A stretch of 64,000 nt of DNA from a virus (taxonomy: Duplodnaviria; Heunggongvirae; Uroviricota; Caudoviricetes): IMG/VR virus record IMGVR_UViG_3300014204_006419, one strand, 5' to 3'. The position numbers were made by a program, and so were the translations under genes. Under the pieces are notes generated by a model that was given only the letters and a program-made list of their open reading frames with translations, was not told where the DNA came from and made no database searches. Positions 44,598 to 56,500 of this stretch are shown piece by piece. How positions within the stretch are numbered: position 1 is the stretch's first letter; each line of letters starts with the position of its first letter.

Positions 44598-44670
44598 GGG
44601 ATTGTCGGCTAACCTGTCAGGCTCCGCGATTTGGAATCGCGTGATGTCAGTTCAAATCTGACCATTCCCA
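44598..44670 (+). tRNA. tRNA-like, probable tRNA-Pro (anticodon UGG) with irregular D-arm
   Basis: 73 nt. Acceptor GGGATTG/CATTCCC (one mismatch). Anticodon stem CGCGA/TCGCG with loop TTTGGAA. T-arm GTCAG-TTCAAAT-CTGAC. The D-arm pairing is imperfect. Confidence 0.45.
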
Positions 44671-44672
44671 TC

Positions 44673-44745
44673 GCATCCATAGTCGAATGGTTAAGATACT
44701 GCTTTTACAAAGCAGTGACTGCAGGTTCGATTCCTGCTGGGTGCA
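44673..44745 (+). tRNA. tRNA-Val (anticodon UAC)
   Basis: Acceptor GCATCCA/TGGGTGC. Anticodon stem CTGCT/AGCAG, loop TTTACAA. T-arm GCAGG-TTCGATT-CCTGC. Confidence 0.7.
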
Positions 44746-44750
44746 TCAAG

Positions 44751-44933
44751 GTGAATTGTTTGCGGAATAAAACACTGAAAGAGAAATGTGCTTATTGTGG
44801 AACCAAGATGATTACCAACGATAATTCTCCAGTCATGTGGTGCCCTGTTTGTGTTGGTATGGGGATTGACCGTGGACTTTGTGTTTTCAGAAAGGACTCG
44901 GACGATAACATGGATATAGTTGGAGTTGATTGA
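44751..44933 (+). CDS. small zinc-ribbon protein (GTG start), 60 aa
   Basis: Part of track ORF 44631..44933 that does not overlap tRNAs. CAYCGT...CPVC. A GTG start right after tRNA-Val is assumed, since the genome shows other GTG starts. Confidence 0.3.
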   Translation: MNCLRNKTLKEKCAYCGTKMITNDNSPVMWCPVCVGMGIDRGLCVFRKDSDDNMDIVGVD

Positions 44934-45900
44934 AATGGTGGAAACTAAACAAAAGACGGCTTTGATAACAGGGATAACTGGGCAGGATGGTTCGTATCTA
45001 GCAGAGTTTCTTCTTGATAAAGGATACAAAGTTTGTGGATTGATGAGACGCTCTAGTTCAGACAATACTACTAGAATTGAACACATTCTTTCTAAAATTA
45101 GTATCTACTACGGAGATTTGAGTGATGCGAATTCTATTGCGAGCGTGGTCAAGGAAGTCCAGCCAGATGAACTTTATCACCTTGGAGCGCAGAGCTTTGT
45201 CAAGTCCAGCTTTGATACTCCAGAATACACTGGGGACATTACAGGTCTTGGTACAACTAGAGTTCTTGAAGCAATTAGGAGATACTCTCCAAAGACTAGA
45301 TTCTATAATGCAGCGTCTAGTGAGATGTTTGGGAAAGTTGTTGAAACTCCTCAGAATGAGAGTACTCCATTTTATCCGCGCAGTCCGTATGGAGTTGCAA
45401 AGCTCTATGCGTACTGGATGACTAAGAATTATCGTGAGAGTTATGGATTATTCGCTTGCAGTGGGATAATGTTCAACCATACTTCTCCTCGTCGTGGTTC
45501 TGAATTCGTGACAAAGAAAGTTGTTGAAACTGTAGCTAAGATAAAGAATGGTGAACAGAAAGAGTTGTTCCTTGGAAATCTTGATTCTAAACGTGATTGG
45601 GGATTTGCTGGGGATTACGTTCGCGCAATGTGGCTCATGCTTCAGCAGGATGTCTCGGATGATTATGTTGTTTCTTCTGGAGAGACTCACTCTATTCGTG
45701 AACTTTGTGAAGTTGCATTCAGTCGCGTTGGTTTGAATTGGCAAGACTATGTTCGTGTAGACCCTAAGTTCTTCCGCCCTGCAGAGGTTGAATTGCTAAT
45801 TGGGGATTCAACTAAGGCTAAGACTGTACTAGGGTGGAAACCTACTGTTGACTTCAAAGGACTCGTCAATATGATGGTCGATGAGGAGATGGTAAAATGA
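44920..45900 (+). CDS. gmd: GDP-mannose 4,6-dehydratase
   Basis: 326 aa. N-terminal [20 protein letters not shown] Rossmann motif. SDR-type YxxxK (YGVAKLY). Overall Gmd layout ([21 protein letters not shown]). Confidence 0.85.
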   Translation: MELIEMVETKQKTALITGITGQDGSYLAEFLLDKGYKVCGLMRRSSSDNTTRIEHILSKISIYYGDLSDANSIASVVKEVQPDELYHLGAQSFVKSSFDTPEYTGDITGLGTTRVLEAIRRYSPKTRFYNAASSEMFGKVVETPQNESTPFYPRSPYGVAKLYAYWMTKNYRESYGLFACSGIMFNHTSPRRGSEFVTKKVVETVAKIKNGEQKELFLGNLDSKRDWGFAGDYVRAMWLMLQQDVSDDYVVSSGETHSIRELCEVAFSRVGLNWQDYVRVDPKFFRPAEVELLIGDSTKAKTVLGWKPTVDFKGLVNMMVDEEMVK

Positions 45901-46592
45901 GCGATGAGATTAAGGCGATTACTGAATTAGAAGCGATACTCCCGCAGGAATTCAAGCAGAAGAAGAAACCGATTCCATATCCACTAGGTATGCGTGAGAC
46001 TCTTGCAAAAGCAGATGAACTCTCGCGTGAGGAATTCAAGATATTTTATTATCTCTCTTATCTGACTGGTGCCAGAGCTACTGAAGCACTTCGAACAAAG
46101 GGAAAAGATTTCAGTGTCAATGAACATGACAATGCGATGATTGTTCAGCTTCAGACCGAGAAGAATCGTCGTGAACCTCTTCGCAATATTCCAATTCCGC
46201 TTTATGGCACTGAAGAGACTGCAGCAAATAAAGTTCTTGATTATGTCCAATCAATCGGAGAGAATGAGCATTTGTTCAACTTCAATCGTATCACAGCATG
46301 GCGTGCTCTTGGTTCGATTCAGATAAATACTCGCGCAATATTCTTAGCCCCTGAGAAGAAAGTTGATGACTATTCTTTTCCGCTGTTTCCTCATTTTCTA
46401 CGCCATTCGCGTTTGACACATCTTGTAGTTGATTATGGTTATGATGCTTCTAGATTGAAAGCGTTTGCTGGATGGAGTTCGCTTTATCCTGCAACTTATT
46501 ATGTTCATCTCTCATGGAAGAACCTGCTTGCCCCAATTAGGTCGGCTTCTATGACACAACCAGTACAGAATTTTGTAAAACAGGAGGGATAA
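45897..46592 (+). CDS. tyrosine recombinase / integrase
   Basis: 231 aa. [10 protein letters not shown] (box I Arg), [12 protein letters not shown] (box II H-x-x-R...H), C-terminal ...YYVHL catalytic Tyr region. ATGA overlap with the gmd stop. Confidence 0.65.
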   Translation: MSDEIKAITELEAILPQEFKQKKKPIPYPLGMRETLAKADELSREEFKIFYYLSYLTGARATEALRTKGKDFSVNEHDNAMIVQLQTEKNRREPLRNIPIPLYGTEETAANKVLDYVQSIGENEHLFNFNRITAWRALGSIQINTRAIFLAPEKKVDDYSFPLFPHFLRHSRLTHLVVDYGYDASRLKAFAGWSSLYPATYYVHLSWKNLLAPIRSASMTQPVQNFVKQEG

Positions 46593-46593
46593 G

Positions 46594-46854
46594 ATGGTGC
46601 ATATATGCAAAGTATGTAAGCAAGCGTTGAAAGAAGGGGACACATGTAGGATACATTTGATGTCTCATTTGCCAGATGTATTCTTTGTCGCATCTCCAGT
46701 AGTTCACTGGGAAAAAGGCATTATTGAAGGAAAGTATCGTCTTATTTGCAAGATATGCAATGAGGAAGTAAAGAATGAGTCTCCTATAGACCATTTGAGA
46801 ACAAAGCACACTGCAGATGAGTTCTATACCGAGTACAAGCCAATGGATTGGTGA
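46594..46854 (+). CDS. small C2H2-like zinc-finger protein
   Basis: 86 aa. CKVCKQ...H...H and CKICNEEV...H..H. Confidence 0.4.
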   Translation: MVHICKVCKQALKEGDTCRIHLMSHLPDVFFVASPVVHWEKGIIEGKYRLICKICNEEVKNESPIDHLRTKHTADEFYTEYKPMDW

Positions 46855-47027
46855 TTTGATGGAAAACGCATTTGATGGAAATCTACAGAGTATTGAACAG
46901 GTACCAATAAGACCAGCAATTGAATTGCCTGGCATCGCTAGCATAAACTGGAATCTCAAGGCGAGACAATGAGTATGCAATCTCCTGACCTATCTGAACT
47001 AGATGGCAAAGATAGCCGTTTTGTTCG

Positions 47028-47312
47028 GTGGGTCAAGGGAATTTTTGGGGTGAAGAAATGAACTTTGTGATGCAGTTTTGGCTTGAACATCGCTTTACGA
47101 TTGCGATTGTGTTTGTCGCAATCTGTGCAATATTTATGGCGTGTACACTAATCTATGATTCAGTCCAATATACTAACGCCGTAAATCAGTGCAAAGCGAT
47201 GTACACAAATCAGCAACAAGAATTCTGTGATGCACACAATGGCACTATGTCAAATGGAGTATGCAGCGTACCATTCAATACAACTTTGGTATTCCCATCA
47301 TCCGTTCGATAG
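47028..47312 (+). CDS. small TM + Cys-rich protein (likely start at MNFVMQFW, 47048)
   Basis: 94 aa. TM helix, then a Cys-rich tail. Confidence 0.3.
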   Translation: MGQGNFWGEEMNFVMQFWLEHRFTIAIVFVAICAIFMACTLIYDSVQYTNAVNQCKAMYTNQQQEFCDAHNGTMSNGVCSVPFNTTLVFPSSVR

Positions 47313-47574
47313 TTTCTCTTGGTTTTCTTCCAGGTCTGCGGCTCTTTCTGTTTTTCTTTATTTCATCTGCGATTTCTTTAACAAGTTGCTTCTTTATCCT
47401 AGACATGTTTGGACTCTTTGCGATTAGATATGAAACGTCAGTCATATTGATTAGATTCATTTCTTTTGCATCTTCTTCGGTATCTCGGACTACCATTTCT
47501 GCTTCTTCCTTGATGTCATCAAGCATTCTAGAAAACTCTGCGGAAACCCTTTTTATTATGGATTCTTCATTCAT
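47275..47574 (-). CDS. hypothetical charged protein downstream of the giant gene
   Basis: 99 aa. ATGA overlap with the giant ORF's stop. Confidence 0.35.
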   Translation of the reverse strand: MNEESIIKRVSAEFSRMLDDIKEEAEMVVRDTEEDAKEMNLINMTDVSYLIAKSPNMSRIKKQLVKEIADEIKKNRKSRRPGRKPRETIERMMGIPKLY

Positions 47575-50500
47575 TTTCGTCCCTCGTTCAAAAGATAGTC
47601 GTCATTAACTTCTTTTCCGTTGGTAGAAAGTGCAATCATCGTCTTTGTTGACCTGCGTGTGAGCTTGTATCCGATGTAAATCACGATTAACAAGATGAAT
47701 ACTGCGAACACATAGATTCCAATGTCGATAAGTCCCGAAGTTGCGCTCGGCACTTTTGTAAATGTGTAATTTGTGAATGTTTGGTTACCTACTACTGTAG
47801 TTACCGATGAATTCATTACCATATCTCCTTGAGCTAAACTCATCCCAGCTATGCTCATTGCCAGGAATAGCCAGATTATTGCGAAGAAGAAACATGCATA
47901 CTGGATGAATGGATTAATTCTAAGTTTGAAGCCAGCTAGCGCGAATAATCCAGATGCAAATAGCAAAACTAGAACACCTATAATCGCCATAGGCGTTCCT
48001 GCGTTGTAAATTACTAGTCCTCCACCACTCGATGGTGTTGTTGGCTTTGTTGGGTCATAGGATAGGACGTACACTATATTGTTCGTGGAATTCAATAGTT
48101 GTTGGTTGTTGATTATTATCCTTCCTCCAACTTTCGTGTAATTTGGTACGATACTCCAGTCTACATAATTGTCTATGTCGCAGCTAGCATTATTGCAGTA
48201 GTAGAGCAATTCTGACTGACAATTTACGCAGGTATCATTTATGTTTCCAGTGAAGTTCTCTGTTATTCCATATGAATTGTTGAATTTTACTTCGTAGTTG
48301 AAAGGATATGGGAATACGTGTGGCATTGAATAGGTCACATTAGATGCAGTAACTGGAGTGGAGAACGATACATTGATTACAGAATCTCCATTCGCAGCAA
48401 TTGGGTGTAATCCTGAGCAGTTTGCAATACAAATTGCTCCTGGACTGCTCCAATTCAGATAGATTGCAGTGAAATTTATGGATGCATTATTTGTTATAAT
48501 TTCTGGGCTTATCCCGTAGTAGTTCACCGATAATTCGTTTAGGTTCGTATTAGGATTTTGCGCAGTCGTATCTGGGATAAATTCGCTTAATGAATCACCA
48601 GAACCATTTTCGCTTGCACTCTTTGTTTCGATTCCAGAAAAGTTGAATTCTCCACTTGCATTTGTGCAGATGAACTGTGTTGGGCAGGTACCAAAATCGG
48701 ATTCGTTGTAAGTGATATTGTTTAGTACAATTGCGTTATTCCATGTAGCATTCAGTTGAGAAATTATAAACTGAATTGTTAGGTCGGATTGACTTGCATT
48801 TGTAACTACGTCTTGAATCCATCCAGTTTTAACTACGTTCAATGCACTTGCGTTTATTCCTTCTAGCAAACTCTTTGTCTCTGCAGTACTGAAATCTACT
48901 GTTCCATTAAATAGGCAGGTGAATCCGTTCGGACAGGTATCGTAATCCGCTTGTGTATACGCTACGTTGCTGAGTGGAATATCGTTGCCCCAGGTTGCGT
49001 TTATTTGCTCTTGTAAGTATTGCTGCGTTAGTGTAGAAGTTATTGAATTGTTTTGCATCCAGCCAGTTCTGCTTACGCTTATGTTGTCTCCAGAGATTCC
49101 GCTGAAAATCTGGTTTGTTCCACTTTCATCCCAGCTAGTTGTTCTCGTCCATGAGCATACGAATCCATCTGGGCAAGTTGAGAAATCTGATTGAGTGTAC
49201 TGTACGGTTATTGGGAATGATTGACTCCAAGTTGCATTTATATTTTCTTTTAGATACTGAGTTGAGAAAGTACTTATTGCGCTAGTATTCTGAATCCATC
49301 CACCTTGTACTATGCTTATCGAATCTCCATTTGTGCCTTGTGTTTTTATGTCTGTTGAATTGAATTGTAGCAGTGCAGTGCTCTGATTGGTGAATGTACA
49401 AGCCCATCCGCTTATACATGCTGCGGTTGCACTTACGTTTGAATAGTTCAATGAGGATGGGTTTGTGAGTGCGCAGTTTCTTTCTGCATATTGCATTGAG
49501 AATGTGGAAGTTGCTGAATCATTTTGAATCCATCCGTTATTTGATGAACAATTGTAGGTTGGTGTACTCATATTGAAATTAATCGAATAGTTGTCATTAT
49601 TGCATGACCAGGCAACCCAGTCAGTTCCGTTTGATATTTCTTGCGCATTCGAAGTCGAATTTATTACTTCTAAGTCAATCCTATCTGTAGGTAGATAGGT
49701 GTAATTGCAGATTCCAGTTCCAGTTACGTTTGCTCTAATGCTGAATGATACGTTATAACCCACAGTAGCGTTTGTTTGTTGAATTATATTTCCATATTTC
49801 TCTTCTCTGAACATCATGTTCTGGTACTGCGTGGTTTCATTATTTCCTACATTATCATCTGAGAAATATCTTATGTATTGTAATCCATCTTTATCTATTT
49901 TGATTACTCCAGTGTAGTTAGTTGTTGGAGTGCAACTATTTGAAGTATCCAGACAATACTTGGTGATGTTGCATCCACTGCCAGAATCGGAGCAAGTTAA
50001 AGTGATGTTCACATATGGGCTGCTAGTCCAAGTTCCGAATGTGTACGATGCACTTGTATTTGTGATTGCAGTTGCGTTTGTTACGGGTGCTAATGATTCA
50101 TTCGCATATGCAACTGTGGAATTGTTTCCAAATGCATCGAAATTAAGCGTTCCAGAAGTATTGTAGCAAGTATATCCTACTGGGCAAGTGTCGAAATCAG
50201 ATGGATTAAACTGCACGGCGTTCATTGAGGTATTAACTCCCCAAGTTAGGTTCATTTGCTCGGTCTTATTCCCTAGACCAATCCAACCACTTAATGTCTT
50301 TGTGAGACTGTTTCCAGTTATTCCTTCTGTGAATGATTTTGACTCTTCTCCAGTGAAGTTTGTTGTTCTGGTGAAAGAGCAAATAAATCCAATTGGGCAG
50401 GTCGAGAAATCTGCTTGCGTATATTGAACGTTATCTAAAGCCCAGGTCAATTCCCAGGTTGCATTCGTTGTTTCTTGCAAGAATTGGTTGGTTACGTTGC

Positions 50501-53500
50501 TTGTAGCAGAGATATTCTGAATCCAAGTTCCTTTGGTTAGATTAATTGAATTTCCAGATGCTGATGCCCACGTTGAATTGCTTCCAAGTGAAGTGAAATT
50601 CATGGTTCCTGATGTATCTGTGCAACTCCATCCTGATGGGCAAGTGTCAAAATCTGATTGGGAATAGCTAATTTCAATTAATTGAATTGATATGTTGTTT
50701 GAGATATTCAATTGTTCCTTTCCGTATTGTATACTGAAGGTACTTGTCGGTGTTGCATTCTGCATCCATCCTGAAAGTGATTTTGTAAGTGCGTTTCCAC
50801 TTATCTGCACGATTGTTGAATTCGTTCCTGATGCAGATAGGTTCATGATTCCAGTCAAAGTTCCTGTGAATCCTATAGGTTCTGCTGGGAAATCATTACT
50901 TGAATACGAAACATTTGAGAATGGAATATTTGCTGCGTTACTGATTGATAGATTACTCATTAGATATTGGATACTTGTTGTTGAAGATGCTGATACATTC
51001 TGTGCCCAATCGGTTGCTCCACAAGTTAGAGCATTTCCAGAAACTCCTTCGGTTATATTGTTATCCCCATTGCTGATTGTTGCAGTGTGTGAGAAAGTGC
51101 CTGAGAATCCTATTGGTTGAGTTGCAAAATCGGTTTGTGTGTAGCTAACTCCTGTCAATATTATCGCATTGCCCCATGCCACTGTATCATTAGCATATAT
51201 TGATTGGATTGAACAATTCGTTGTAGCACTAGTATTCTGTGTCCATGCTCCTTTGGTTACAGTGATATTGTTTCCACTGATTCCCTTTGTAATATTGTTT
51301 GTTCCTGAATCAGTCCATGAAGTATTTTCTGTCCATGAGCACACAAATCCATTAGGACATGTATCAAAATCACTTTCTGTGTATTGCACGTTCATTGGGA
51401 AATTGTTACCCCAAGTCGCGTTTATTGTGTCCTGCAAGTATTGCATCGAGAATGTGGAAGTTGCTGAATCATTTTGAATCCATCCGTTCTTTACTATTGA
51501 GATGTTGTTTCCACTGAGTGCCCAGTTGCTTGAATTGCTGCCCAATGCTGAAATGTTCAAACTTCCACTGTGTGTTCCAGAGAATCCGTTTGGTAAAGCA
51601 TTGTAATCGGTTTCTGAGTAAGCGATGTTCTGCCAGGTAAAGTTTGAAGTATCTATTATGCTAAGAGTGCTGTTTATGTACTGAGTCGTGAATGTTGAAG
51701 TCTGTGAATTGTCTTGCGCCCAGTCTGCTGCAGAGCAGGTTAATCCACTTCCGCTTGTTGTCTTGTTTATACTCGTTGTTGTTGATGGTGAAAGTAGCAG
51801 TATTCCGCCTTCTGGCTTTGCGAATCCAGTTGGAGCAGTTGGAAAATCTGATTGGTAGTATGTTAGGTTAAGTGATGTTGTTCCGCCCCAAGCAACGCTC
51901 AGTGTATCGTAGAGATACTGTGTCGTGCAATTGCTTGTTTGATTGATGTCTTGATAGTAATTGCTGAATGTGCAAGTTGCATTGCTTCCAGATGCATATT
52001 CTTGGAGTTGGATTGTTCCATTTTCTGCGAAGGATAGATTCCCGCTTATGCTTGCGGATATTCCATCGGGTAGTGCATTAAAGTCAGTTCCAGAATAATT
52101 TACGTTGATTGGAATTGTTCCGTTATAGGTTACGTTGTTCGTTGCGAATAAATATTGTGATGTACAGTTGCTTGTGTTTGTATTATCCTGAATCCAATCT
52201 CCTTTAACATTGACTATACTTGAACTATTTGCTCCAGCAGTAGTTGAATTGCTGCTTGTTGCTTGTATATCCAAGGTTCCAGAGGTTCCTGTTGTTGTCC
52301 ATCCTGCGGGTGTAGCTGCAAAATCATCTGCTACAAACGAAAATCCTGTCAGCGGGAATGCGTTGCCCCACGTGAAGTTACTTGTAGCTTGTGCATACTG
52401 AATACTGAAGTTACTAATCGCGCTGACATTTTGTATCCATGCACCTTTTGTTACGGTTATATTATTTCCAGATGCTCCTCTTGTGCTTGTGTTAGTACCA
52501 AGAGGTGTGAAATTGAATGTTCCAGACCAGAAGCAAATGAATCCGTTAGGGCACGTATCATAATTATCTTGTGTGTATTCTACGTTACTTAGAGAGAATG
52601 ACTGATTCCAACTTGCATTTAATTGCTCTTGTCCATATTGGATTGAAGATGTGCTAGTCGCGCTTGTATTCTGCATCCATCCACTCTTGGATAGTGTTAT
52701 ACTGTTTCCAGATGCTCCCGCTGTTGTAGAATTTGAATTGCTTGCTGCGATATTAATAGTTCCTGTCTCTCCTGTTGCTACCCATCCAAAAGGAGTAGTT
52801 GTGAAATCCCCTTCTGCATATTCAAATCCAGTAAGTGGGAAGTTATTACCCCAAACGAAAGTGCTAGTTGATTGTCCGTATTGTGTTGATAACGTAGATG
52901 TTGCGGATGCATTCTGTTGCCAAGCGTCCTTGGTTACGGTAATGTTATTACCCGAACTTCCTCTTGTACTAGTATTTGTTCCTAACCCAGTAAAGTTGAA
53001 TGTATCCGACCATGAACAGGTGAATCCGTTCGGACAGGTATCGTAATCTGCTTGCGAATATGCTACGTTGCTAAGCGTAAAGGATTGATTCCATGAAGCG
53101 TTAAGCTGCTCCTGCGCGTATTGTATGCTAGATGTAGAAGTTGCTGAGATGTTCTGTATCCAACCACTTAACGTCTTTGTGATTGAACTTCCATTTGCGC
53201 TTGAAGTTGTGGAATTATTTCCGTTAGCTTGAATGTTCAACGTTCCCGAAGTTTCTGAACAAGTCCATGAATCAGGACAAGTGCTGAAATCTTCGCTATT
53301 GAATGATACTCCAGTTAGATTTATCGAATTGCCCCAGTAGAAGGTAGATGTTGCCTGTGCATATTGCATTGCTAGTGTGCTGGTCGCGTTCGTATTTTGG
53401 ATGTAACTATCTTTGCTGACTGTTATGTTATTTCCGCTTATTTCCTTCCAAGTCTGTGTGGTTTCTCCTGCACTTATGTTTGTTGTATCTGTCCATGAAC

Positions 53501-56500
53501 ATACGAATCCGTTTGGACAGGTATCGTAATCTGCTTGTGTATATTGGACTCCCGTAAGATTGAATCCTAGATTATTTGTTGCGTTAACGTTCTCCATTAA
53601 GTACTGAATTGTCGAATTGCTGGTATGATTATTGTCTTGAACCCAACCACTTTTTACTACGGTTACGTTATTTCCATTTCCTGTTGCATTTGTGTTGTTG
53701 CTGCCACCTGCTGGAACTAGTAAACTTCCTGATTCTCCAGAACATGTAAATCCAATTGGGCACGAATCAAAATCTCCGCTACTGTATGGGATAGTCCATG
53801 AATCACCCGATGAATTTAGAGTTAGTGTCTCTTTTCCATATTGTGTGGTAAACGTAGACGTATATGCATTGTCTTGAACCCAACCGCTTAACGTCTTTGA
53901 AATTACACTTCCGCTAATCTGTTTCGTGATATTTGTTGTTTGACTTGCATTTAAGTCGATTGTCCCATTAACGTTTCCTGTGAATCCTGCTGGCTTTGAT
54001 TGGAAATCGTTATCTCCAAATGTAATTGATACTAAGTCTATTGTTCCAGTGTTGTTTATCACTAGTGTACTGTTGTAATATTGAGTTGCTATAGTGCTTG
54101 ATTCTTGAGTCCATGGCGAGGCACTGCAAGTTAATTCATTTCCCTGCACGTTTTCATTTAACTGCGCCGTAGCTCCCGCACTTATGTTTATTGTTCCAGA
54201 CCAGGTGCTGCTAAAGTTGCTTGGTAATGTATCCCAATCTGATTGAGTGTAGTTAACTTCGGTTAATCCGAAGGATAGATTAGAAGTTGCGTTGAGATAT
54301 TCTTGTATTGTTTGTTGTGTGCAATTTGTAGTAGCTGATACATTCTGTGCCCATCCGCTCTTTGTTATTGTTAGACCGTTTCCTTCACCAGTTGCGGTGG
54401 TTGAGTTGCTTCCCAGTGCAGAAAAGTTTAATGTACCAGACATCCCTGAGCAAGACCAGCCACTAACGCATGCGACGAAATCTGAACTCTGGAAATTAAT
54501 GTTTGATAGAACTATTGAAGTATTACTTGTTGCACTTAGATTCTGTGCTGCATATTGTGTACTCAATGTAGAAGTATTGGTTAAATCTTGTAGCCAGTTA
54601 GTGTTTGATTCGGTTAACCAGTCTCCGCTTCCTGTTCCTTGTGTACTATTGGAGCCTGAAGCTTCAAAATCTAACGTTCCATTAGTTCCTGTGCAGATTG
54701 CTCCAGTAGGGCATACTGCGAAATTAGTACTGTTAAAGGTTATCCCTGTGAAAGCGATTGCTAGTTGGTTTGTAGCACTCAAAGTACTGTTGAGATATTG
54801 TGTTTGCATATTGCTAGTTTCCGATGCATTTTGTTGCCAAGCAGTATTTGATTCTGTGAGATTATCTCCATTCGCTCCCTGTGTAATATTATTCGTTGCT
54901 CCTGCATCTAGCGGAGTTATTGATTGTGTTGTTACATTGCATGTTTCTCCTGCTAGACAATCTAATATTGCTGAAGCATTAGTGTAATTCGTAGTCGTAC
55001 TTGGATTAGTCAATGTGCAGTTCCTTTTTTCGTATTGCATCTCTAATGTTGAGGTATATCCGTTGTCTTGAATCCAAGAAGTACAAGAACTTTCTACCGC
55101 AGGTAAAGTGATATACGCTTCATACGAACTATCTGTGCTGTTACAAGTCCACGCGAGCCAATTTGTTCCGTTACTGCTGGTTATATTGTCTCCTGAACTG
55201 TTTTGAACATAAGTAATAATGTAATCTATTGGAATTGTGAGGTTACAGGTTCCTGAACCTGTTACATTTACTTGTGCTCCAAATAATACATTTGTCCCTG
55301 CTGTTGCGTTGATTAATTGTGATAATTCTCCATATGTTGGAGTGAAACTACTTGTTGTTGTATAATTGAATGGAAGGTCACAGGAGGTTGAGTTCCAATT
55401 ATTATCCGTGTCATTTGCGTAGACGCACCATCTGATTGTACTTCCTGCAGTTGAATTCACAGTCTTTGTTACGTTAGACCAATTGCTTGTGCCCGTCATT
55501 TCTACTGCTGAATCATTGATTAGTTCTCCAGTACCATTATCGAATGAGAATATGTAACTGGATAGTCCTGAAGAGTCTAGCCATTCTAGACTGAAGAGTG
55601 TGTCCACTCCAGCAAGTGTATCATTTGTACTATTATTTGTGTATGTAGGTGGGATTATATCTGGGTTTCTTATTGTGAATACTTCGCTGTATCCAATTGA
55701 GTGCTGACCTATGACGTCGAATGCTTCAACGGAAACTTCATATTGACCTTCTGCTAATCCAAGAGTGTCCCATCCATAAGAAGTCGAAGGTTCGGACTCG
55801 ACAATGGTGCTGATAAACGTTCCATTTACGTCTGTCAATGAAATGTTATAGTAAGATATTGCATACTCATTTGGCGAGATTGAAGGCAACCAGGTTATTG
55901 AAACTAGATTTCCTGAAGTATATGTTGTATTCTCTGGACTTACTACAAATGGCGCAGTAGGCGGAAGTCCTCCGAGTTCCATTAAGTCCTCTCTCACGCT
56001 TGAGCAAACTTCTGTCCCATTGGTGTAATTTGCACAGACATAGTAATAGAAACTTGCATTTCCTAGGAATTGGTGAAGATGTGAATCTACTGTATATGTT
56101 TGGTCAGTCCATGAGTTTCCATTGTTTTCTGTTGTCGCAGTTGTTCCAACTCTAATCTCTTCTGCAACATGCCAAATACTCCAGTCTTTAGCCCCACCAA
56201 ATGCGAAGTAAGAATCTGGTGTTACTTTCAATCCATTTATTGTTCCGTCTGTAGTGTTGAACGTAAATGGTAGCCAGTTGTGGCATGATGCGTTTAGGTG
56301 GCAGTGTGAATAATTCGTTGTTGGTGCGAGTGTTCCAATCAGGGTGCAATTTGATAGGCTGCTTGTGAATTTATCTCCTCCTATATATGAACCGTTGCAG
56401 TAGAAAAGATTTGCTGGTGCGGCATTTGCTGTAGAATTTGCCATTATCTCAAAAATTCCCCAGTTCTTTACGTCACTCACGTTGAGAATCTGCATTTTGA

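Noticed and set aside
48967-54987. Numerous plus-strand ORFs of 60-230 aa inside the giant gene (for example 50692..51120 and 54292..54987)
   Set aside because: All lie antisense to one uninterrupted 11.3-kb minus-strand ORF. Their translations are low-complexity (V/L/P/F-rich). They are shadows of the repetitive coding strand.
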